From an uncultured virus (IMG/VR IMGVR_UViG_3300046030_000062) (taxonomy: Duplodnaviria; Heunggongvirae; Uroviricota; Caudoviricetes): DNA of 36,017 bases. The DNA lies in IMG/VR virus record IMGVR_UViG_3300046030_000062. One strand, given 5' to 3'. A program made the position numbers and the translations under genes. The notes below the pieces were generated by a model. The model was not told where the DNA came from. It did not search any database and was given only the letters and a program-made list of their open reading frames with translations. The stretch's first letter is position 1, and every line of letters starts with the position of its first letter. Shown piece by piece: positions 25,606 to 35,900 of the stretch.

Positions 25606-25666
25606 AGGTCCTGAAAAAGGGAGGCACGCAGCAAATCAGGTCTTGCAGGTCCTGAATCAGGTCCTG
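25606..25666 (+). repeat. Four AGGTC(C/T)TG direct repeats, operator-like
   Basis: Copies at 25606, 25638, 25647, 25659; the last abuts the RBS. Confidence 0.7.
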
Positions 25667-25671
25667 AGGAG

Positions 25672-26529
25672 GTGATCAGTATTAAGAGCAACGAATTTCT
25701 CAATAAGCTGTATGGCTTTTTAGATAATCAGCGGAATCAAGGAACCTATATCATCGAGTTCTTCAATGCTGCTGGAAGCCATTATTTTGTGATGCCTCTT
25801 GCATATAAGAACAGGACAAATGAAGCTCTTGAAGGCGAGAGGCATTATGCCAAGGACAGACCGCTCATCCCGGAAATAAAGGAGTCGTTCCCGAATCCGA
25901 TTAACCTGGATGGGCTTGCTGCATTCATTGACAAGAACCTGCCCGCCAACAAGCTCACAACCTGCATGGCGGAGTTCGGAATTCCTTCTGGAGCGCAACT
26001 GGACAAGGCCAAGTTCGCTCATGCTCTTGCAGCACAGTTCAGTCTGTTCGTGACAACTCCCGGTGACGACGTTGACAACGCAGTCTGGGAGATGTATCAG
26101 ACGCTTCTGGCAGGGCAACCGATATCTGCAGATGACATAAGCGGCCCTCGGTATGCTGGCGATGATGTTATGGTTGAATTCGGCGGCAGGCGTCATGAAG
26201 CGGACTGCTATGAGATCATTCACCACGAATGGAAATTACAGAACCGTGGAACATGTGAATGGCATGACCGGAAGCTGGTTCTGGTGAATCAGACAGAAAT
26301 ACATCCTCGGCCGGCTCAGACCGTTATTCCGGTACCGGATACAGGGCCGGGCGAATTTACAAAAATAGCCACAGACATAGATGTCCGTGGCTTCGAGGGA
26401 AACTTCGAATGCAAGTGGGAAATGCAGGATGCTGATGGAGAGAACTGCTTTCCGAATAAGCGGTGGGATTTCAATATAAGGATTCAGGTGACGTTCCATA
26501 CGTCGGACGAAGGAGACACGCGTGGATAA
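25672..26529 (+). CDS. Protein with C-terminal NBR1-Ig-like (FW) domain; putative regulator; true start may be ATT 25681
   Basis: W.LQNRG...W..R.L...VPDT.PGE...G.FECKWEMQD..G..F pattern; helical N-terminal region. Confidence 0.7.
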   Translation: MISIKSNEFLNKLYGFLDNQRNQGTYIIEFFNAAGSHYFVMPLAYKNRTNEALEGERHYAKDRPLIPEIKESFPNPINLDGLAAFIDKNLPANKLTTCMAEFGIPSGAQLDKAKFAHALAAQFSLFVTTPGDDVDNAVWEMYQTLLAGQPISADDISGPRYAGDDVMVEFGGRRHEADCYEIIHHEWKLQNRGTCEWHDRKLVLVNQTEIHPRPAQTVIPVPDTGPGEFTKIATDIDVRGFEGNFECKWEMQDADGENCFPNKRWDFNIRIQVTFHTSDEGDTRG

Positions 26530-26737
26530 GAATATAGAAAAATGGTCAACGATGAAGGAAGTGCAGGAATACCTCGGGGTAGGCCGCGAAAGCATCATGC
26601 AATGGATCAACAAGCGCAACATGCCTGCATACAAAGTCGGGCGACTTTGGAAATTCAAACTGAGCGAAGTCGATGACTGGATTCGCTCCGGCGGAGCTGC
26701 CGAAGAAAACAGCGAAAAGGAAAACAAGGAAAACTGA
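26522..26737 (+). CDS. Excisionase-family (HTH_17) DNA-binding protein
   Basis: KEVQEYLGVGRESI..WI..R.MPAYKVGRLWKFK.SEVDDWI. Confidence 0.9.
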   Translation: MDKNIEKWSTMKEVQEYLGVGRESIMQWINKRNMPAYKVGRLWKFKLSEVDDWIRSGGAAEENSEKENKEN

Positions 26738-26827
26738 TCGGCGAAGTCCAGACTATTGGATAGCCGGTAATTCATAATAAATGAAAAAGGCCGCTGCGAA
26801 GAAACAGCGGTACGAAGGAGAAAATCA

Positions 26828-28834
26828 ATGGACAATCAGGAGTACAACTCGATAGTCAGCTTTATATGGGGAATCGCAGACGACTGCCTGCGCGACGTCT
26901 ATGTCCGCGGCAAATACCGTGACGTTATTCTGCCGATGACGGTCATCCGCCGCCTTGATGCAATGCTGGAAGGAACAAAGAAAGCCGTCCTTACCATGAA
27001 GAAGCAGCTGGAAGCCGCCAAGATCGATAACCAGTGGCCTGCGCTCTGCAATACGGCTGGACAAGCATTCTGTAATGCTTCGCCGTTCCTTTTAAAGGAT
27101 CTGACGAGCCGCGCGAAGAAGCAGACGCTTGAAGCCGACTTCAAGGCATACCTGGACGGCTTCTCTCCGAACGTTCAGGAGATCCTCGACAAGTTCAAAT
27201 TCCGCGACCAGATCAAGACTATGGTCGATGCAGATATCCTTGGCGCGGTCATCGATAAGTTCACGTCATCGGATATCAATCTCAGCCCGGATCCTGTCTA
27301 TAAGGACGCGGAGAAAAAGATCGTGAAGCTGCCGGGACTCGATAACCACGGCATGGGAACAATCTTCGAGGAGTTAATCCGCCGATTTAACGAAGAAAAC
27401 AATGAGGAAGCCGGAGAACACTGGACACCGAGGGACGTTGTCGAGCTCATGGCTGACCTTGCTTTCTATCCCGTTGAAGACCAGATCAAAGATGCAACAT
27501 ACTCCTGCTATGACGGTGCCTGTGGCACAGGAGGAATGCTTACGGTTGCTCAGGCACGACTCCTGACACTCGCGGGTCGTCGCGGAAAGAATGTCTCTAT
27601 TCACCTGTTTGGTCAGGAGGTTCAGCCGGAAACATACGCCATCTGCAAAGCAGACATGCTGCTCAAGGGCGATGGCGAGGAAGCCGAACACATCTTCTAT
27701 GGCTCAACGCTATCGCTGGATGGGAATCCGTCGCGGCAGTTCGACTTCATGCTTTCCAATCCACCGTATGGGAAAAGCTGGAAAACAGATGCAGACAAGA
27801 TGGGTGGCAAGAGTGAAATCCTTGACACTCGTTTCAATGCATACCTTCCCGGCGGTGAGGAGCTAAAGATGATCCCGCGCACAAGCGACGGACAGCTTCT
27901 CTTCCTGCTTAACAATGTATCCAAGATGAAAACCGACACAGAACTCGGGAGCCGCATCATCGAAGTACATAACGGCTCATCCCTGTTCACGGGCGATGCA
28001 GGAAGCGGTGAAAGCAATGCTCGCCGGTATATGATCGAGCGTGATCTGGTAGAGGCCATCATCGCATTGCCTGACAACATGTTCTACAACACAGGCATTG
28101 GCACATACATTTGGGTGCTTTCCAATAAGAAGGAAGAACGCCGCAAAGGCAAGATTCAGCTCATCGACGCGACAAATATGAAGTCCTCGCTGCGCAAGAA
28201 CATGGGCAATAAGAACTGCGAATTCACGCCGGAAATCCGTAAGGAAATTGTCCGCATCTTCCTCGACATGGAGGAAAGCGACGTAAGCATGATATTCGAT
28301 AACAGTGAGTTCGGCTACTGGAATGTAACTGTCGAGCGCCCGCTGCGCCTGCGCGTATTCCCGGAACGAGAAATCCCGGAAGATACGTTCAAGAAGCAGT
28401 CAGAGCTTGATGCAGTTCGTGAGGCCATCGCCAAGATTCCTGCGGGAACGCCGCTTGACGATTGGGACGCTTTTGCCAAGGCGACAAAGCTCAAAAAGAC
28501 GCAGCTCAAGAAGATCCGTCCGTTTATCACGGAAACTGATCCACATGCAAAAGAGGTTGAAGGCGAATCCGATCCGAACCTCCGCGACTCGGAAAACATT
28601 CCGTTCAACTACGACGGCGGCATCGACGCATTCATCGAAAAGGAAGTCAAACCATATGCGCCGGACGCCTACGTGGATGAAAGCAAGACCAGAATCGGCT
28701 ACGAGATCAGCTTCACGAAGTACTTCTACAAGCCTGTGCAACTCCGTGATATGAAAGACATCCTTGCCTCACTTGAAGAGCTCGAGAGGGAATCGGATGG
28801 CGTCATGGATGAGATCGTGGAGGGACTGAAGTAA
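26828..28834 (+). CDS. hsdM: Type I R-M methyltransferase subunit
   Basis: FIWGIADD.LRD, GEHWTPRDV, motif I YDGACGTGG, motif IV SNPPYG. Confidence 0.96.
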   Translation: MDNQEYNSIVSFIWGIADDCLRDVYVRGKYRDVILPMTVIRRLDAMLEGTKKAVLTMKKQLEAAKIDNQWPALCNTAGQAFCNASPFLLKDLTSRAKKQTLEADFKAYLDGFSPNVQEILDKFKFRDQIKTMVDADILGAVIDKFTSSDINLSPDPVYKDAEKKIVKLPGLDNHGMGTIFEELIRRFNEENNEEAGEHWTPRDVVELMADLAFYPVEDQIKDATYSCYDGACGTGGMLTVAQARLLTLAGRRGKNVSIHLFGQEVQPETYAICKADMLLKGDGEEAEHIFYGSTLSLDGNPSRQFDFMLSNPPYGKSWKTDADKMGGKSEILDTRFNAYLPGGEELKMIPRTSDGQLLFLLNNVSKMKTDTELGSRIIEVHNGSSLFTGDAGSGESNARRYMIERDLVEAIIALPDNMFYNTGIGTYIWVLSNKKEERRKGKIQLIDATNMKSSLRKNMGNKNCEFTPEIRKEIVRIFLDMEESDVSMIFDNSEFGYWNVTVERPLRLRVFPEREIPEDTFKKQSELDAVREAIAKIPAGTPLDDWDAFAKATKLKKTQLKKIRPFITETDPHAKEVEGESDPNLRDSENIPFNYDGGIDAFIEKEVKPYAPDAYVDESKTRIGYEISFTKYFYKPVQLRDMKDILASLEELERESDGVMDEIVEGLK

Positions 28835-30072
28835 TGGTTGAATACGAAAGCTATCAGTCAACGTCGTATCGTTGGCTTCCGAAGGTGCCCTCCCATTGGC
28901 ACAAGAAGAGTATCCGGCAAATAACATCTGTTTTGAGTGAAAGATGTGGGAATAGAGATTACCGACTATTATCTGTTTATCGCGAATATGGTGTGATTCC
29001 AAAGGATTCTTGTGACGACAATCACAACAAAGAAAGCCTCGACCTTTCAAATTACAAGGTTGTACATATCGGAGACCTTGTTTTAAACAAGATGAAAATG
29101 TGGCAAGGATCTCTTGGTGTATCTCAGTATGAGGGAATCGTCAGTCCAGCTTATATCATTTGCAAAGTGCTCGATAAAGATATCAATCTTGACTATCTGC
29201 ATTTGTTACTTCGCTCTGCGCGTTTTAAGTCCTATTACAACCAGTATTCGTATGGAATAAGGGTTGGTCAGTGGGATATGCACTATGAGGATTTCAAGAA
29301 TCTGAAAGTCTATATGCCTCCCCGTGCCGAACAGGATCAGATCGTGCGGTTCCTCGACTGGAAGGTTTCCGCGATCAATAAGCTGATCGGAATCCGACGG
29401 AAAGAAATACAAGAGCTTGAAGAGATGAAAAGAAGCAAGATTGGCGCTATTGTCATGGGTCAATCTCGCATGCAACAAAAGAAGTCCGATATTACATGGG
29501 TAGACACGATTCCAATTAACTGGGAAGAAAAACCTTTAATACAGTATGCGTACGAACGCTGTATTAAAAATGTAGGAATGGTAGAAGATAATCTTTTGTC
29601 ACTTAGTTATGGAAAAGTTATCGACAAGGATATTAATACCACAGATGGCTTACTACCGGCCAGCTTTGAAGGTTATCAGATAGTTGAACCTGGGAATATC
29701 ATTCTTCGTCTTACTGATTTGCAAAATGACCATAAAAGTTTGAGAACAGGGTTAGTGACACGAAGGGGAATAATAACTTCAGCCTACACGTGTCTTGAAA
29801 CACGTGATGATATTTTACCAGAATATCTGCAGCTTGAATTGCATGTAGCAGACTTATGTAAAGTTTTTTATGGAATGGGTGGAGGCGTTAGACAAAGCAT
29901 AGGCTTTAAAGACATCAAAAGAATGATTATCGCTATTCCGCCTCTGTCCGAACAGCATGAAATTTTGGATCTAATACATGATATTGATGCACCTATAGAC
30001 AAACAAAAAGAGCAATATTTGAAGATTATCAATGAACTCGAAGAGTTGAAGAAAGTCATCATCTCTGAGTAA
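28834..30072 (+). pseudogene. hsdS: Type I R-M specificity subunit, 5' part (two TRDs), truncated by IS66
   Basis: VPSHW, PPRAEQDQIVRFLD, IPINW, PPLSEQ; ends at a TAA supplied by the IS end. Confidence 0.9.
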
Positions 30073-30143
30073 GCGCCTTTTAATGAGGTGTACGGCTCTT
30101 TGAAAGCTTCATAATCAATCACTTCATGTCTGGATGTGTATAC

Positions 30144-31775
30144 TTACAGACTGCAGACTTCTCTGGCTTCATCGCTCCATGGAGCAACCGCGTCAAGCTG
30201 CTCATCGGTCCAGTCTGCTGAAGGCTGTTTCGCCAACAGGTACGCAAAATACCGGTTGACATTCAGATGGTATCCCTGAGCCATGACCGCCATAGTATAG
30301 ACGATGGCACTTGCTTCAGCTCCTCCAGGCGTATCTGAGAACAGCCAGTTCTTCCGACCTACTGTAAATGGCCGTATCATGTTTTCCGAGAGATTATTCG
30401 AAAAGCTGCAGCGTCCATCTTTCAGATAGTTCTGGAGAAGTTCTTCCCGCTTCAGGGTATAGTTCACCGCCTTCGCCAGCCTGCTGTTGGGGACGAACGT
30501 CAGCTTTTTCAGCCACGCAAAGAAATCTCCGAGCATCTCCGGCTCTTTATACCGGATTCGGAGTTCTTTCCGCTTTTCGAAGTCGTTTCCAATTTTTGCA
30601 TTAATTTTTTTCTCTGCATTGAACAAACGGTCAATGTATACAACTGCCTGTACAGCAGGAAGGGTTAAATCATCCTCCTGCCCTTTGGGAATCGCATCGT
30701 AAAAATATCTTCTCGTGTGTGCCCAGCAGGCGCACCGGACAACCGCATTAACCTTGTTATATCCCTGGTATCCGTCCGTTTCCAGATACCCTTTGTAGCC
30801 TTCAAGGAATTCTTTGGCGTTCTGCCCGGCTCGTGTTTCAGTATAACCATAGAGCACGATAGGCGGTCCACCGTCCTCTCCCGTACGGTAAAGCCACATG
30901 AAAGAATATGTCTGCGGCCTCCGATCCGGTTCTTTCAGCACCTGAATTCTGGTCTCATCCGCCATCAGGAAATGTCTTTCCAGAAGCTTCCTGTGGAAAA
31001 AATCGTATATTGGACGGAAGTAATTCTGACTGCAGCTGATCATCCATCTTGCCATCGTCGTCCGATCCAGATCCAGCCCGATCTGATGCCAGTCCTTTTC
31101 CTGGCGATATAGTGGAACGGCATTCGCGTATTTCTGATACATAACCCACGCCACCAGAGAAGGCGACGCAAAGCTGTGATCAATCAAAGGTTTCGGAAGC
31201 CCGGCCTTCACATGGTTTGAGATGCCGTTTTTTCTGCAGTTCCGGCATTCATAAACCATCTGATAATGGCGGATCACTTTAAGCTTTGCCGGGACATACT
31301 GGACTTCCGTCCGGATATAGTCCTTGCCGACAGGCACCATTTCAGATCCGCAGGCAGGGCAGATCCGCTCTTCTTCCGGAACGTCATGGATAACATCTTC
31401 CGTGGGAAGATCTTTGAATTTTTCTTCATTACGAAGACGCTTTTTGCGGGTATGGGACTTTACAACAACATCTTCCTTTGCTGCCTGATCCACCAGCGCT
31501 TCTGCTTCATTAAAAATCGGCAGGATCATCTGGCCGGGAATCTGATCGTTCTTTCGCTTTTCACTGGATGCGCCGAATAATTTTGATTTGAGATATGCGA
31601 TTTCTTCCTGAAGGATCTTATTATTCTCAGCCTGTTTTTCCTCCCGCTCTTTCGCGGCAGCAAGCATAGCATTCTGATTCTCAATCAGAGTATTCAGGGA
31701 ACGGATCGTTGTATTCAGTTGTTGGACGGTATCTTTCAGTTCCCGGAACTGAATATCCCTTGCACTCTGTGACAT
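30144..31775 (-). CDS. tnpC: IS66 DDE transposase
   Basis: LFGASSEK, CPACG..CRNC, PLYRQ, ADET, TDGYQGY, CWAHTRR, NNLSEN.IRP..VGRKNWLF. Confidence 0.96.
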   Translation of the reverse strand: MSQSARDIQFRELKDTVQQLNTTIRSLNTLIENQNAMLAAAKEREEKQAENNKILQEEIAYLKSKLFGASSEKRKNDQIPGQMILPIFNEAEALVDQAAKEDVVVKSHTRKKRLRNEEKFKDLPTEDVIHDVPEEERICPACGSEMVPVGKDYIRTEVQYVPAKLKVIRHYQMVYECRNCRKNGISNHVKAGLPKPLIDHSFASPSLVAWVMYQKYANAVPLYRQEKDWHQIGLDLDRTTMARWMISCSQNYFRPIYDFFHRKLLERHFLMADETRIQVLKEPDRRPQTYSFMWLYRTGEDGGPPIVLYGYTETRAGQNAKEFLEGYKGYLETDGYQGYNKVNAVVRCACWAHTRRYFYDAIPKGQEDDLTLPAVQAVVYIDRLFNAEKKINAKIGNDFEKRKELRIRYKEPEMLGDFFAWLKKLTFVPNSRLAKAVNYTLKREELLQNYLKDGRCSFSNNLSENMIRPFTVGRKNWLFSDTPGGAEASAIVYTMAVMAQGYHLNVNRYFAYLLAKQPSADWTDEQLDAVAPWSDEAREVCSL

Positions 31776-31834
31776 CTTTCTACCTCGTTCGGATAGAAAT
31801 ATTTTACCATAACAGGATGATCAGAGAAAGGAAA

Positions 31835-31875
31835 AAGTGCTTCAAAGCCCCTGTTTTACAGGCTTTGAAGCACTT
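31835..31875. repeat. 15-bp perfect inverted repeat between IS66 tnpB and tnpC
   Basis: AAGTGCTTCAAAGCC / GGCTTTGAAGCACTT. Confidence 0.85.
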
Positions 31876-31891
31876 CTGAGCATCAATACCT

Positions 31892-32254
31892 TCAACCACT
31901 TTTCTGTAGTGAGGCATCAACTTTTATCGCTTTAGGCTGCTCAATATCCAAACCATCCATCAGCCATTCGAACTGTTTCCATGTGATGGCTTTTGCTTCA
32001 GCAGAATTTCTCGGCCACTGATATCTTCCGCTGGCGCTGAGCCGCTTGTATAGAAGTGTAAAACCATCGCCTTCCCAGAGCAGAGCCTTGATCCGGTCAG
32101 CCCGTTTTCCGCAGAAAAGAAAGAGATCATTGCCACAGGGATTCATACTGAGCTTATCCTGAATGACCGCACAGAGTCCATCGATTGATTTCCTCATATC
32201 GGTGTAGCCACAGACAAGGAAGATCCTGTCGACACCGGAGATATCGCCTAACAT
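31892..32254 (-). CDS. tnpB: IS66 accessory protein TnpB (not the RNA-guided IS200/605 TnpB)
   Basis: TDMRKSIDGL, LFLFCGKR.DRIK.L.WEGDGF.LLYKRL. Confidence 0.95.
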   Translation of the reverse strand: MLGDISGVDRIFLVCGYTDMRKSIDGLCAVIQDKLSMNPCGNDLFLFCGKRADRIKALLWEGDGFTLLYKRLSASGRYQWPRNSAEAKAITWKQFEWLMDGLDIEQPKAIKVDASLQKSG

Positions 32255-32625
32255 ACCAGATCCCTCAGAATTGCCAGCGTCCGGACAAGTAGTTCTGGGT
32301 CTGCATCATTGGATACCCGGATAGAGAGTTCCGCCATCTGTATTTCCATAACAGGAGTAAGGTCAGATACGAAAGCTGTAGGAATTCTTTTCATCTCACC
32401 CGGATGGATTTCAACGATTTCCTGCTGATTTTCCTGAACAGCTGATGATAATTTCTGGAAGTCAGGAATTGGGAAAGCCTGTTTTCGGAGTCTTGAAATT
32501 GCATTGTAAAAAGAATGCAGGTTTATATCATTCCGCCTGCACCATTCGGCATCTGTCAGGCCGCTCTGGCGGCAGTTTGTAATAAGCTTCATCCATTCAG
32601 CAGATGTTCGCGATCTATGTGACAT
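32248..32625 (-). CDS. tnpA: IS66 accessory protein TnpA
   Basis: W..LI..CRQSGLT..EWCR..DI...SFY; GGAGG RBS before ATG 32625. Confidence 0.88.
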   Translation of the reverse strand: MSHRSRTSAEWMKLITNCRQSGLTDAEWCRRNDINLHSFYNAISRLRKQAFPIPDFQKLSSAVQENQQEIVEIHPGEMKRIPTAFVSDLTPVMEIQMAELSIRVSNDADPELLVRTLAILRDLVC

Positions 32626-32778
32626 GGCTATCCTCCATTGGGTGTAAAATACACACGAACTACCGATCAGAACAGTAGACACTCACTGATTCAGCAGTCG
32701 TGGAACCGTTCACAGATCACGATTGATTATGAAGTTTTCAAGGTACAGGTACAATCCACTGTTTTATAAGGCGCTTAC

Positions 32779-32919
32779 ATCTCTGATGTTGTTACCGGTA
32801 AAATCGATGTCCAAAATGTCACTGTTCCCGAGTACGAACACGTAGACGACATTGCCGACATTGATTCCGAGGGCGACGAAGAAACAGATGAATCAGAAAT
32901 CTATGGAGAGGAGGATTGA
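32779..32919 (+). pseudogene. hsdS: hsdS 3' remnant (ISDVVTGKIDV...acidic tail)
   Basis: In frame with the 5' part once the IS and one TSD are removed; ends at TGA 32917-32919, 2 nt before the hsdR ATG. Confidence 0.92.
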
Positions 32920-32921
32920 TC

Positions 32922-35900
32922 ATGGCTTTTACGGATAAAACCGAGAAGGGCTTTGAGACGATCATCGTGAACTGGCTCGTAGATCAGAATGGTTACGAGC
33001 AGGGAACGAATGACGACTACAACAAGGAATACGCCGTAGACGAAACCCGCCTCTTCCGGTTCCTGAATGATACACAGCCGAGGGAAATGGCAAAGCTTGG
33101 TGTGAATAACAGTGATCAGAAGAAGCGGCAGTTCCTGAACCGCCTCTCCGGAGAGATCGCCAAGCGCGGCATTATCGATGTACTGCGAAACGGTGTGAAA
33201 GCGTACCCGGCTGACCTCATCATGTTCTACTTCACGCCGACGGAAAACAACGAGAAGTCAAAGCAGATGTTTGAGAAGAACATCTTCAGCGTGACACGGC
33301 AGCTTCGCTATTCTATCGACGCTTCGAAGCTCGCGCTTGACCTTTGCCTGTTTATCAACGGCCTGCCGGTCATCACGATTGAGCTTAAGAACCATTTCAC
33401 CGGTCAGACGACAGCGGATGCCGTTGAGCAGTATAAGGAAGATCGTGATCCGCGGGACACGCTGTTCTCGTTCAAACGGTGCATGGTGCATTTCGCGGTA
33501 GACGACCAGACCATCATGTTCTGCACGAAGCTCGCCGGGAAGGACAGCTGGTTCCTTCCATTCAACAAGGGCTATAACGATGGTACAGGCAATCCGCCGA
33601 ACCCGGACGGCATCATGACAGACTATCTGTGGAAGGACATTCTGACAAAGTGGAAGCTCTCCCGCATTATCGAGAACTACGCTCAGGTCGTCGTTGATGA
33701 AGATCCGGACACGAAGAAGAAAACCGTGAAACAGATCTGGCCACGCTACCATCAGCTGGACTGTGTGGAGAAGCTGCTCGCGGATGTAAAGCAGAACGGC
33801 GTCGGCAAACGCTACCTTATTCAGCACAGTGCCGGTTCCGGGAAGTCGAACTCTATCGCGTGGCTTGCTCATCAGCTGATTGGATTGGAACAAGACGGCC
33901 ATCCGATGATCGATTCCGTTATCGTCGTCACCGACCGCAGGATTCTGGACAAGCAGATCCGCGATACCATCAAGCAGTTCATGCAGGTGAAAAACACGGT
34001 CGTTTGGGCACAGCATTCCGGAGACCTGAAAAAGGCAATCCAGGATGGCAAGCGGATCATTATAACCACGGTTGAGAAGTTCCCGTACATCTCGCAGGAA
34101 ATCGGTCAGGAACATATCAATAATCATTTTGCCATTATCATCGATGAGGCACACTCAGGCCAGAGCGGGCGCAATTCCGCGAATATGAATCTGGCGCTTT
34201 CCGGCATGGCTTCAGACAACGAAATGGACAATGAAGACAAGATCAATGCGATTGTCGAGGGCCGGAAGCTCGTAAAGACCGCGAGCTATTTTGCGTTCAC
34301 CGCGACCCCAAAGAACAAGACCGAGGAGGTTTTCGGAACGCCATATGAAGAGGATGGCGAAATCAAGCACAGGCCTTTCCATGTTTACACCATGAAGCAG
34401 GCCATTCAGGAAGGCTTCATCCTTGACGTCTTGAAGAACTATACGGCGATCGACAGCTGGTACAAGATTGCCAAGAAGGTCGAGGACGATCCGATGTTCG
34501 ACAAGAAGCGCGCCCAGAAAAAACTGCGTTCCTTTGTCGAGGGGAATCCGGATGTCATCGCCAAGAAGGCTGCCATGATGGTGGATCACTTCCATGAGCA
34601 GATCATCGCTAAGAAGAAGCTGAACGGAAAGTCCCGCGCAATGGTGGTGACCGCGAGCATCCCACGCTGCATCGAGACCTACTATGCCATCAACAAGTGC
34701 CTTGCAGACAGACATAGTCCGTACAAGGCGATTATCGCTTTCTCCGGCGAGTGCAAATACAACGGACAGGAACCTGCCCTGACGTCGGCAGGACTGAACG
34801 GGTTCCCGGACGCCAAGATCCCGAAGGAGTTCAAGAAAGATCCGTATCGTCTTCTGGTAGTTGCAGACATGTTCCAGACCGGATTTGATGAGCCACTTCT
34901 GCAGACCATGTACGTGGATAAGCCGCTTTATGACATTGCGGCAGTGCAGACGCTTTCCCGTCTGAACCGCGCGGCTCCCGGGAAGGACGAAGTCTATGTG
35001 CTGGACTTTGCAAACAAGACATCGACGATTCAGGACGCCTTCTCGAAGTTCTACAGGACAACGATACTGTCTGGAGAGACTGATCCGAACAAGCTTTACG
35101 ACCTGATCACGCTCATGGAGAGCTATCAAGTGTATGACAACGACGATGTAGAGCACGTAGTTGATTTGTTCCTTGGCGGAGCTGAGAGAGACAGGCTTGA
35201 TCCGCTGCTTGATCCGTGCGTGGCCACCTACAACGGACTCGAAACGGACGATCAGATCAAGTTCAAGAGCGCAGCAAAGTCATTTGTCCGTACATACGGT
35301 TTCCTTGGTTCCATTCTTCCCTATGGGAATGTGGACTGGGAAAAGTTGTCGATCTTCCTGAATCTGCTAATACCGAAACTTCCGTCACCTCGTGAGGATG
35401 ATTTGTCAGAGGGCATTTTGTCTACGATCGATCTGGACAGTTATCGGAATGAAGCACAGGAGGCCGTGGCCATAAAACTAGAGGACGAGGACGCCGAAAT
35501 TGCTCCGGTCCCTGCCGGAAAGGTCGGCCATATCGTCGAGCCGGAACTTGATCCGCTTTCCAAGATCATCATGGATTTCAACGATATGTTCGGAAATATT
35601 CAGTGGAATGACGCTGATAACGTACAGCGCCAGATCCTCCAGATTCCGGCGATGGTTTCTCGTGACGAGAAATACCAGAATGCCATGAAGAATTCTGATG
35701 AGCAGGAAGCCCGAACAGAAAGCGAGCGCGCCCTGCAGAAGGTCATCTTCTCCATCATGGCGGACAATATGGAGCTCTTCAAGCAGTTTCAGGACAATCC
35801 GTCGTTCAAGAAGTGGCTTACGAATATGGTATTCAACATGACGTACAACAAGGAGGGGAAACCGTATGAAGCACCAGACGATTTGGATTCTCCGAAAGTC

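Larger units (their letters stand above)
30069..32778 (-). mobile_element. IS66-family insertion sequence, 2710 bp
   Basis: Terminal IRs GTAAGCGCCTT...; 8-bp TSD ATCTCTGA at 30061-30068 and 32779-32786; tnpA-tnpB-tnpC. Confidence 0.97.

Noticed and set aside
26522..26737. Excisionase marking an att site here
   Set aside because: HTH_17 fold alone does not prove excision function; no integrase, tRNA or att-like repeat nearby
31892..32254. TnpB as an RNA-guided nuclease
   Set aside because: 120-aa IS66 accessory protein with no RuvC motifs; unrelated to IS200/605 TnpB
28834..32919. Invertible (phase-variable) hsdS locus
   Set aside because: No second hsdS copy, recombinase or flanking inverted repeats seen; the split is fully explained by IS66
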